Origin: Octopus bimaculoides
Taxonomy: Eukaryota
Direction of reading: 5' to 3'
Assembly (NCBI RefSeq): GCF_001194135.2
Contig: NC_068983.1
Span: 103,090,299 to 103,150,967 of the forward strand
Length of the DNA stretch: 60,669 nt
Shown here piece after piece: positions 50,031-60,669 of this stretch (position 1 is the stretch's first letter; each line of letters opens with the position of its first letter). Made by a program: the position numbers and the translations under genes. The notes beneath the pieces are model-generated. The model was not told the DNA's origin. It saw only the letters and a list, made by a program, of their open reading frames with translations, and did no database searches.

Positions 50031-51869
50031 GTAGTCGGCAGTTCAGTCGTACAATCAGGAAGAGAAGAACGATGCTCGCAAACCCATAGATGTATGTCTC
50101 TTAGTGAAAACTGCTTGCTAGGAAGCGAAAGAGGCACAACGTGTGGAAGCGTAGGAAAATTGACCACTGATGTTCTCTCACAGTTCCTATTTATACCTAT
50201 GGGTAAAACTGAATGTATGTTCGAAACCAAAGGGATATATATGTCTTGTCTATTATAACCTCCAAATGACCGTAGGGTTCTAACTCAAAGAAAGGAACCA
50301 AGATAAGTTTGACAAGCGGCCTCTTAAATTTCCAAATACTAACGCCGAAACAAAAAAAGAAATACCTCGTAGGAAAATCTAAATTAAGATTTCGATTCTT
50401 GACTAAGAGTTCAAGAAACGGTCTCTTACATAGAGTTCATATATTTAACTCATATGACAGTAAAGACTAACTAGAAGTAATATGCAACGAAGAGAGAGAG
50501 AGAGAGAGAGGGGGGAGGGAGGGAGAGAGAGAAACGTAGTCCTCAATTAATATTAATTTCATTTTTGTCCGACAAGTCAAGTGAAGCAACTGTGGACATG
50601 TTTCGGTGTTATTCTAGTCTCATCAGTGAAACATCGGTTCATCGTGCTTACCGAAGTAATGATGAATGCATTACTAAATAGATACACAAAATTGTACATT
50701 TGTTCTCGATACTATGCCCGCTGTTAAATAGATGCTGAAAGCAATGCAAGTGAGAGTCTTGATCCTCTTCAACCGACCTATATGTATCTTGTAATAATAG
50801 TAGTAGTAGCAGCAGCGCTGATCGGGCATAGTGTGAGCATAAGCCAGTCGCTAATATTGATTGTTCTATCATAAAGCTACGGCTTTCTAATCTTCTCAGG
50901 GTTAACTCGCTTCGGTATTTGCTATTGAGAAAAGCCGAGGAGCCAGAAACACGTCTAGTAGTCCGATAGAGGGTGACACTGATCAATAAGTATGATACAT
51001 AGATGACAATTTTAGTAAATACTGCCTCGATTGCGTCTACTTTAGATATACGTATATATGTATATGCCTATGTGTGTGTGCGTGCGTGCGTGCGTGTATG
51101 TGTGTGTGTGTGTGTGTATTTTCTTCGTAAATCCTTTTAATTCGATCATTTTCTCCCTTCCAGTTTAGCTAGTCATTTGAGCTTGTAGGCGCAGTTACCT
51201 CCCTGGACGGCGGCTGTTTAAAATAGCTCGCCACTAGATGGCGCAAGCAGTGCTAAGATTCGGACACGAAGCCCTCGCACTTACTCTTTCGCATCGAGAC
51301 ACCGGAGCGTAAAGACATGACCTAGCTGGCTCTCGTATACACGCAGACAGCTAACAGACATGAGGTAGTTCACAGGAAATGAACATGGCCCTTCACTTAT
51401 GAACTCTTTCCATTATCATTCAACTTGTATATATTTGAGACCGAGAATAAAGGTATTTAAAGTTACAGCCTTGTTCTATGAATTCATTGTACCGTGTTTC
51501 TTTATCGAATGACATGTTACAGCCTTCTGAACAGAGTCATTATTAGATGGCTTCACAGTGAGAATGGTACCACCTAAAAGCTGATGCTTCCCTGATTACG
51601 TTTCAAGATGTCTTTTATTCGTTTCTCCAGCGGCTTTGCATCTGTACTGTAGAGTGATATAGTAAACCACTATTCAGCCCTGAATAAGACTTATTTATCT
51701 ACATCCCTTTATTTTATCGGATTTAATTTTTTTTTTTTTTGCTTTGTCTTCTATCCTTTTGGAGTCAAAAGTAAAATAAAATAAGAGAATACGAGTCAAG
51801 AGCTTATAATATTTCGTTTTCGTATTTTGTTTGCGAGATTCTTAATGTGAACCTGTGTGTTGAAACAGA

Positions 51870-52255
51870 TATTGTTGTATCTCGTGAGGGATGTTATGCC
51901 TACAATAAACACACGTACTGGCTCGATTTCACTTCTTCATTATTACTAACCAATTGGTTAGCTATCTAACCAACTAACTAATTGATTGTTTGATTAATTA
52001 ATCATTCGGTTAACCAATCAATCAGTTGTGTTTGCCAATGTTCTTTCTTGGCCATTCACGACCTCTTCAATGACATGTACTCTCTCTCTACTCCAGTTTC
52101 CCGTCTGAACACAACTGGTTGATTGATTAATCGAATGACTAATCAAATAGTAGATTAGATTGTTGGTTAATCAATTAACTAATGATAATAAAGAAGTGTA
52201 ATTGAACCAGTGCGAGTGTTTATTATTGGCATAATGGTCCTCTCGAGATACAGCA
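51870..52255. mobile_element. Foldback element F with long imperfect TIRs
   Basis: gtatctcgtgagggatgttatgcctacaataaacac...cacttctt pairs with aagaagtg...gtgtttattattggcataatggtcctctcgagatac; inner arms are rich in aactaat/ttgatt. Confidence 0.6.
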
Positions 52256-52685
52256 AAATACTTGTCAGGAAAACGGATTTTATGGGAATGATGTGATCGA
52301 TTAAATCGAGTCAAGTATTTGATTAGAACTCTTTTTTTTTTGAGCTCATAAGGAGAAAAGTAAAACCTGGTGAGATTTCTAGTACGGAGGTGAAATATTG
52401 TAAATAATTACGGCAAGACAATTTGTTTGTGGTACTTGATACTTGTAATAATGGATTTATGATTAGTCATAAAAAAACCTACAGAATGATATAAGTATAG
52501 CAGAGGTAATCACTGAGAAAGTGAGCCTGTATGCAGCAGATTGAAGTACTAGAAATAGCAGCAAATATATTCTTCAGGTTACCTCCTACAGTCTTATAGG
52601 AAAACGCATTGGGTAATATAGTCTTTGATATATATACACACTTGACAGCCACGGCCGTAACATCTTTGATCGTAGAGCTGCTCGA

Positions 52686-53043
52686 CTGTACCATCTTTAA
52701 AAAAAAAGATATACTAGATTACGGGATGGTCACGACTGAAGCATCTTTGATGGCTGAGAGTCTTTTCGCTCGGCCTTGACCTAAAATTAAACAAGAACAT
52801 TAGTAACATGTGAGAAGACAGGGTCGATTTAATGTTACAACAAAGTATAGGACTTTTATTTTTATTTTTAGAGTTTATCTTCTCACTTATGTTACTACTG
52901 TTCTTGTTTAATTTTAGGTCAGGGCCAAGCGAAGAGACTCTCAGCCATCAAAGATGCTTCAGTCGTGACCATCCCGTAATCTAGTATATGTAGGACTACG
53001 TTGCTTAACGTACCCTTTTTTTTCTTTTTTTAAGATGGTACAG
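52686..53043. repeat. Near-perfect inverted repeat of a family E tail
   Basis: 52710-52818 is the reverse complement of 52878-52988 with 4 substitutions and a 2-nt indel; the outer ctgtaccatctt / aagatggtacag also pair. Confidence 0.9.
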
Positions 53044-53299
53044 TGTGATTTAAAGGAGATTTAGTGGTTATTTCTAGCAGTTCGAGCGATCACGTTGATC
53101 AGACATGGGTAGCTTTTTTCAAGAAGCGGATCACAGGAGACACGACTCATCGTCCGGTGGATCCCACTACTAAAAAATTTCAAGTTAATTTTTCGTGCCA
53201 TTCAGAAAGTCCCGCGGACCGCACTTCACCCACGATTGACGTAAATGCTCCTTCGTCGACTCCTCACAGGATGTGTCATATAAATCAGAAGTTACTTAC

Positions 53300-53387
53300 G
53301 CGTCACCTATATCTCCTTGCTTTATAATAACATCATTTGCACGTGACCTTTGGAAGTGGCAGTTTTTTATCAAGTCTTTCAGGATTT
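53300..53387 (-). CDS. CNBD2-like gene, most upstream exon found (start of CNB1)
   Basis: ttttattttcgtttag|AA ATC CTG...GAC GC|gtaagt; 88 nt; ILKDLIKNCHFQRSRANDVIIKQGDIGDA; in phase with the 33148 exon. Confidence 0.88.
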
Positions 53388-53931
53388 CTAAACGAAAATA
53401 AAACAAGATGAAACATTAGGTTTATAATTGAATTAATTAATTGTTTCCTCAAATTATTGACAACTAATACGAATAAAAAAAAAAAAATAAAGCAGGACTT
53501 AGATGATCTGCCAAAACATTCGTTATCTCAGGATCTCATGTCTATGCAATTAGATTTAAAATACGTTGGATGTATAAAAAGTTAGATAGTTGACATAGAG
53601 ACTTTAGTCTCTCTCTATCACCTTTCAACAGCATTATATATGAAGAGACATTAGAATAATTTTACAGCATAATAAAAATAAGTTTTATTTTTTTGATGAT
53701 GCTTGATTTCACAATTCCTGTCATTCAGCTTAGCAGCCGCTGATTAAGTTGTAATTTGGTATTGGAAGGTTAAGGGCTTCCTTGATGCCTGCCAGAGAAG
53801 CAAGTAGCTATCACCATCGAAGGCATCGAGGTGAAGTTTGCTTCGTTGAGGAGCGAGGAGTTGTCACGTAGAAGGTCTGTCGCGCAACTGCCTAACAAAG
53901 TAAAACTCACTCTTTAAGTACCAGTTTTACT

Positions 53932-54007
53932 ACGCATGCGCACTCGAGGGACTTCCGGTGGTGAAGTCCCTTGCGCATGCGCAGAATAGTACTTCCTCAA
54001 TGGCGGC
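53932..54007. promoter_or_regulatory. CpG-rich promoter-like cassette: 2x NRF1-like, ETS-like and YY1-like motifs
   Basis: acgcatgcgca (53932), acttccgg (53951), tgcgcatgcgca (53972) and caatggcggc (53998) within 76 bp of otherwise CpG-poor DNA. Confidence 0.55.
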
Positions 54008-54867
54008 TATAATTTCACGCCACTACAGATGTTAAGTAAGTAGACATAAATGGATCTCAGTCGCCTTCGACGACTGAGATTCAGTTGTTCGATCAATTGA
54101 TGTGCCTGTTCATTGAGTTAGTGTGTGAATGGCTGAATATTCTACAGACACCTGTTCCTCTGACTGAACTTTCTGGCAGAAACAGCGTGATATAGCGTGT
54201 GACAAGGTGGACATTTGAATTACAAACCATTGTAGCAAGTGGGAGAAAGTTTGCTTTATGTATATGAACATAATTTATTGCTATATCAATACAGAAAATG
54301 TTCATGCGATACAAGAAAAGGAACATTCAGATGAAACATGTATGACAAGTGCAGAAAGGAAGAAATTCAATATTCGGGCTAATTTTTGTACATCAATACA
54401 TATTCTTGTTGCAGTAGTGTGTTTTCTTCTTCCATCGTGTCAGGCTGAATATGTAGAGGTAACACCACCAAAGATCGGAATCACCCTCAAGTTTTCACCA
54501 TCAAATGAGTTATATTTGTAGGCTCTGTTCACAAAAGGTTTTAGTCATACCACCAGAGTATTACGTGAACAACAGCCGTTGATTGAACCGAACAAAATTT
54601 GCGCACATGATTGACTTGTGGTTTCTATGTGGCAAAACGTGGGGTCGAATCCAACTGTTACATCTACACTCTTTGAAGTACAATCCATCCGACTGGCCTC
54701 CATATGGTTTTCGTCTACCAAATCTCATTCACAAGGCTAGGCTCGACCCATGGCGATCTTAAATGACACTTTCCCAAAATGCTATGCGCTGGCATAGAAC
54801 ACAAAACCATGTGGTTAGGAAGCGAAATTCATAGTCTTTTACTTATGTTATCATTGTATCTAAAAAG

Positions 54868-55260
54868 GCGATAAGTTGGCAGGACCGTTAGCAAGTCGGG
54901 CAAAATATTTAGCGGTATTTCGTCTGTTTCTACGTTCTGAGTTTAAATTCCTCCGAGGTCGACTTGAGTTTTTAATCCTTTCGGAATCGATGAAATGAGT
55001 ACCAGTTGAGCACTGGAGCCGATGTAATCGACTAGTCCTCCTCCGCCAAAAAATTTCAGGCTTTGTGTCTATGGTAGAAAGGATTATTTTTGGATCTAAA
55101 GACTCTTTATGTTTTGAGTTCAAATGCCATCGAAGTCAACCTTTCCTTTCATACTTTCAGGGTCGATAAAATAAAATACTAGGAAACTAATGGGGTCGAT
55201 GTAATCGACTTACCTACTCCCTTCAAAATTGCTGGCGTCGTGTCAAAATTAGAAACAATT
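54868..55260 (+). mobile_element. Two tandem family B SINE units, decayed
   Basis: ttggcaggaccgttagc...gaggtcgact...agaaaggattatt, followed by a headless second unit. Confidence 0.7.
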
Positions 55261-55527
55261 GTTGTATCTAAAGAAGACCTCGTCATTGGGAAAAGAGTTC
55301 CTTAACATTCTTCATGGCACACCCATTAAAGCTGAATATATAAATTCAAGAAAAAGAACTTCGTTAAAACACAAAGGAAATCTCCACGTTCTCAACCATT
55401 TTGGCTCTATGGCGCATTTCGTATTGAAAGTAAAAACAGTCGCACTTCGTATGGAAAGTTAAGAAGAAAAAAAACGTTTTAAAGCTTAAAATTTTGAAGA
55501 ACAATATGAAATGAACAACTATTAATA

Positions 55528-55950
55528 TCTTTTATCTTTTACTTGTTTCAGTCATTAGACTGCGGCCATGCTAAGGAACCACCTTGAAGAATTTTTAGTT
55601 GAATGGATCGACCCCAGTAAAAGCCTGATATTTATTCTATCGGTATCTTTTGCCGAACCTCTATGCTACAGGGAGGTCAACACACTAACGCTAGTTATCA
55701 AGTGGTGCAGGGATGATGGACACACACACACGCACGCACGCACACACACACACACACATACACACACATATACACACACACACACAGATATGTGATGGGC
55801 TTCTTTCAGCTTCCGTCTTTCAAATCCACTCACAAGGCCTTGGTTGGCCCGTGGCTATAGTGGAAGACACTTGCCCAAAGTGCCATGCAATAGAACTGAA
55901 CCCAGAACCGTATGGTTGGAAAGCAAACTTCTTACCACACAACCACGCCT
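55528..55950 (-). mobile_element. tRNA/CORE-type SINE (family C)
   Basis: Aligns with 4819-5306. Confidence 0.8.
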
Positions 55951-56675
55951 ATGAAAACCTTAACTAATTTATTTACAAATCCGTGCGTCTTCTCTAGTCA
56001 AACGACGTTCGCATGTCTTAACGATATTTATACTTCAGCTAACATATTTATCATTTCACGCACGAATGTAGCCGATAGCACGTTTCACTTGGAATTGACG
56101 TCAGCTAGATAAGCACATGTAATATATTTTTTTTTCCTTTGTACCCAAATTTGTGTCTAATTGCACAGTGACTAAATCTAAGATTTTGTGAGTTTCTATG
56201 GATACCTCGAACCGAAAAGAAGTTAAAATGACCTTCCATTATTCGATACACCGGTCCTGGTTAGGGGTTTAACAAGTAGTTTGCTGATGTGCACACTATT
56301 CCATTTTAGACAGTCAAGATCTTGATCTATACCTTAGTCTCAGTTGTGAAGGTTAAAGCCGGGACCAAGGTGCCGCGCAGTGGGACTGATCCTGAAGCCA
56401 CGTAGTTGCGAAGAGAGCTTCTGAATTACACAGCCATACCTGTTTCCATGTAATAAACCTCATCAATTAATCATTGTTGGGTGTTTTGCTAATTAATGGT
56501 TTATGTGTTTTCTATGCAACATTTTAAAGGTTTACTGAGGTGGTCCAATTTTAGTTTTTCTTTTTGACACAAATACACTGTTTGTCTGTAGAATGACTTA
56601 TGAACCTTACAAAATATCAAGAAATGTTTTTATAACATTGATAAAATATTTAATTGAAAATTATTGTATGTTATT

Positions 56676-57205
56676 GGTGCAGGTGTGGTTGTGTGCAATG
56701 TGGTCTTGGTTTCAGTTCCACTACGTGACATCTTCGTAAAGTGTCATCTACTATAACCCCAAGCCGACCCAAGCCTTGTGAGTGGATTTGATTGACAGAA
56801 ACTGAAAGAAGCCCGTCGTATGCCTGTGTGTGCGTATATATGTATAAAAAGATAAAAGATATTAATAGTATGTATGTATGTGTGTATGTATGTATGTATG
56901 TATGTGTTTGTGTGTGCATGCATGCATGCATGTATATGTGTATGTGTGTATGTATGTATGTGCGTTTATATCTATATGTGTGTGTCTTTGTGTTTGTATT
57001 GGGTTTGTTTCCCACCACCGCTTGACAGTCGATGATGGTTTGTTAACGTCTACGTAACTTAGCGATTCGGCAAAAGAACCCAGTAGAATAAGCACCAGAG
57101 GTTGAAAAAATAAGTACTGGGGTTCATTTATTCGATCAAAACCCTTGAAAGTAGTGTCCTTGCATGGCCGCAGTTCAGTGACTGACACAAGTAAAAAAAT
57201 AAAAG
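56676..57205 (+). mobile_element. tRNA/CORE-type SINE (family C) with an expanded internal microsatellite
   Basis: ggtgcaggtgtggttgtgtg...gtggatttgattgacagaaactgaaagaagcccgtcg...gactgacacaagtaaaa. Confidence 0.8.
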
Positions 57206-57675
57206 ATAAAACATATCAAACTACGAACCTGAAAACATAAGAAATATGATTATGGTAATTTTAAGAATTCTTAATATAATGGTTTCAACTTTTGACACAA
57301 GGCCAGCAACTTCGAGGGGGAAGGGGCGGGTAAATCAACTACATCGACCCGAGTACTCAACTGATACTTATTTTATCGACCCAAGAATTTTAAATATATA
57401 TATTTTTTAAATCCAGATTAATATCAATATCACCTAAAAAAGATTTTAAAATTTTTTTATAAGAATTTTAAAACAAAATTAAAACAAATATTTCTGGTGG
57501 TATTGACATTGATCTGGATAGAAGAGGTGTTGGAAGGGTGGTTGTAAAAATGAATGGGTGTGTTGTTTAGGAGAAACCTATTGCTAATGCATTATATATA
57601 TATCTTTTGTTTGATTACGCCTATTTTTAGAACGTTTACGCAGGTTTCAATAGCTCAACAAACGTACTTGAACAC

Positions 57676-58480
57676 GTCATTCTGATCTCATTCATGGTAC
57701 TCCAAACTTCATTCATATGATATGACAACATGAATATATGCATATGAACGGTTGTGCGTGTGTGTGNNNNNNNNNNGCCTGGCTTAGTGGTTAGGGTGTT
57801 GCATTCACGATTGCGAGATCGTGGATTCAATTCTCAGACCGGGTGTTGTGTTGTGTTCTTGAGTAAAACACTTCATTTCACGTAGCTCTGCGAACACTTC
57901 GTCATCTGACGTTTGGCACGTCGCGTACCTGTACAGGTAATGTCGATTTGGTGGCGGGAGTTAGCTTATATACAGCATAAACATTTGATCACTATAAACA
58001 AACCATTTGTGTGGTTGTTCAGCAAGAAATTGCAGAACCTTCACACGTCTTCTAACGACGGGAGGGTCGTTGGACGACACAGTAGATCCATTCGGAGGTG
58101 AAACCCCAGTTGAGGAGTCCGGGAATTGTAGGGAGCGTGGAGTTATCCCTTAATTTCCATTACTCCCAGTTCTGTTCTGGCCTAAAACATTTGTATCTGT
58201 CACGGATCCATCTGTATGTTCAATAGATTTCCCAAGGGTGGAGGAGGTTCACATTATTTCTGACAAAACTGTCGGGAAAGCAGCTCTTCTCGGAGAAAGA
58301 TACATAAAACTTGCAATCAAAATAGAGCTAGTCATTTTGCAACGCTTGTCACTGGAACATACTATGAAGAACAAGCGAGTGGCGCACGCACACACACACA
58401 ACCGTTCATATGTATATATTCATGTTATCATATTACCATATGAATGAAGTTTGGAGTACCATGAATGAGATCAGAATGAC
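57676..58480. repeat. Inverted repeat pair of about 90 bp (57676-57766 / 58385-58480)
   Basis: The arms match at over 90%; a 10-N gap and a family D SINE lie between them. Confidence 0.75.
57777..58045 (+). mobile_element. tRNA-derived SINE (family D)
   Basis: tggcttagtggttagggtgttgcattcacgattgcgagatcgtggattcaattc; body matches 17270 and 23745. Confidence 0.75.
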
Positions 58481-58754
58481 AAGCTTTTGTTACTTAAATT
58501 CAATGACGTACAGATGTCTCACTGTCGTGTCATTTCTTGATCCGTTTCGTATCTTATAAAGTTCTACGGTGATGGATGCGTGGTGAAAAGTCATATCCAC
58601 GTACATGCAAAGATGAAAGTAGATCAGAGTAATCAGGCTGACTATGAGACAGTATCATCTGACAAGATGAGGCAATCGTTATGTATGTATGTATGTATGT
58701 AGGTAGGTAGGTAGGTAGGTAACCCAGCGGTCCACTCTCCGTATGTATGTGACC

Positions 58755-58833
<79 letters not shown>

Positions 58834-58877
58834 CACACGCGCGCACACTCACACGCACACACACACACACGCGCATA

Positions 58878-59093
58878 TTGGCTTCAAATTTTGGCACAAG
58901 GCCAGCAATTTCGGGGAAGGAGTGAAGTCGATTACATCGACTCCAATACTCAACCGGTGCTTACTTTATTGACCCCGAAAGGATGAAAGGCAAAGCCGAC
59001 CTCGGCGGAACTTGAAATCAGAACGTATAGACGGACGAAATGCCGCTAAGCATTTCGCCCGGCGTGCTAACGATTCCGTCAGTTCGCCGCCTT
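58878..59093 (-). mobile_element. MetaSINE-like SINE (family B)
   Basis: Reverse-complement monomer with tail ggccttgtgccaaaatttgaagcc. Confidence 0.85.
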
Positions 59094-59164
59094 TGGCTTC
59101 ATATATATTGACAGCGAGTCAACGGCCATCCAGTTGAAACAATTGGGAATGCGAGACCGCTTGC

Positions 59165-59440
59165 TTTCGTCACAGCAACCTTTCAATAACTCAAGTAAGA
59201 CGGAACGACTCACTGCTGTAGTGATAAAAGAACTCGGACATTACAAAAATGACATAGCAGCACCCTGCATAACACATGTACCGGATTACTCATAAATCAA
59301 ACATCATGGAACTAGTTACAGATGCATCTGGATCTGCCACCCGGAAAATTAACCCAAGTAATCAAGGACAAGCATTGCAATTCGCATTCGGCACGAAGCT
59401 TCTAGATAAATTCCCTCGATGAATCAATGACATACTTGAA
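59165..59440 (+). pseudogene. RTE-clade LINE endonuclease remnant
   Basis: KTERLTAVVIKELGHYKNDIAA...GTSYRCIW resembles the RTE N-terminus (xERRTALVARELxRYxIDIAAL...GYTFFWSG). Confidence 0.5.
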
Positions 59441-59621
59441 GATGTGTAGTAGGTGGATTACAATATTAAAGGAGTAAACTCCGGATATGACTTGCCCAGA
59501 TGAACTAACAGAGGTATGAAGAGATGCCATAAGGTTAAGCGCCCTTTATGGACGTGAAACCCAGGGTAACCCCATACACCAGCCATAACTATTTTTATCT
59601 ATCTATCTATCTATCTATGTG

Positions 59622-59663
<42 letters not shown>

Positions 59664-60185
59664 CGCGTGTGTGTATTTAATAGCATACCTTTATATAAAA
59701 TGCCGACCCTTTTACTAATGATAGAAAATGGGGTATCAAAACTATGAGAGAAACCACTGATAAATGTCAACAATCGAGTAAATATCTGTACCTACACAGA
59801 AGCATACAGACATACAGAAGCACTTTAAAAATCTGATACAGTTGTAACGTATCGGTAAAAGTGTTAGCATCTACACAAGGCGCGCACACATATCAAACAT
59901 CCATTTTCCCAGGAATCAAACGGAATTGTACAGCTGGATTCCCTTCCTGTTGCAAATCCCAAGAAAGGTAATATTTCCCCATGCCCAGATATGCTTGGAA
60001 ACAAAAGGCAAAGACACAGCTTACATGACAGTGACACCTGCTGGCCACAATCACGCTATTTCAAAGAAAGGATACAGCAAAATACACACACGCGTGCGCG
60101 TATATTTGTATATATATGCATTCATGTATATATACATATACACATACATACTCACATACTCACATACATACATACATACATACAT

Positions 60186-60553
60186 GTTGTTGTTGTTGGC
60201 ACTCCGTCGCTTACGACGTCAACGGAACAGCCTGCTCGTGAAATTAACGTGCAAGTGGCTGAGCACTCCACAGACACGTGTACCTTTAACGTAGTTCTCG
60301 GGGATATTCAGCGTGACACAGTGTGACAAGGCTGACCCTTTGAATTACAGGCACAACAGAAACAGGAAGTAAGAGTGAGAGAAAGTTGTGGTGAAAGAGT
60401 ACAGCAGGGTTCGCCACCATCCCCTGCCAGAGCCGCGTAGAGCTTTTAGGTGTTTTCGCTCAATAAACACTCCCAACGCCCGGTCTGGGAATTGAAACCA
60501 CGATCCTATGACCGGAGTCCACTGCCCTAACCACTGGGCCATTGCGCCTCCAC
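60186..60553 (-). mobile_element. tRNA-derived SINE (family A) with a small internal deletion
   Basis: Matches 41592-41984 but lacks about 22 nt (gagggttccagttgatccgatc); inserted in (CATA)n. Confidence 0.9.
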
Positions 60554-60669
60554 TCATACATACATGAGCCATCAATGGAACTGTAAAGATATGTAAAACT
60601 TTCCAAAAATTTAGCACATAAATACATATGTATGCATCTAGACATAAAAACGCATCCATAAAACAAACA

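Noticed and set aside
50915-50960. GAAACACGTC with weak upstream similarity to a hammerhead core
   Set aside because: The CTGANGA core is absent and stem II does not pair.

Overview
This is AT-rich eukaryotic DNA, dense in microsatellites and SINEs, with 9 assembly gaps. The repeat content resembles an octopus (cephalopod) draft genome; this is an inference and was not database-checked. There is one host gene: a minus-strand, multi-exon gene for a protein with two cyclic-nucleotide-binding domains (CNBD2-like). Five coding exons were identified with canonical GT/AG sites (53300-53387, 33009-33148, 24265-24571, 21654-21752, 12996-13474). The first four join in phase; at least one internal exon and the 5' exons are missing. 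The rest is mostly mobile DNA: four SINE families, several MITEs, mariner, Tc1, hAT and CMC transposase remnants, and Tx1, RTE, HERO, R4 and Penelope retroelement remnants. The most unusual items are: (1) a 1.35-kb ORF1-only Tx1-like retroelement inserted in a SINE, sharing a 3' tail with a SINE variant; (2) a minimal type I hammerhead ribozyme inside a longer stem; (3) a mariner element made of two inverted 5' ends, 68 bp from a splice acceptor; (4) several long hairpins within or next to the gene; (5) a palindromic NRF1/ETS/YY1 promoter-like cassette. No CRISPR, rRNA or true tRNA gene was found.
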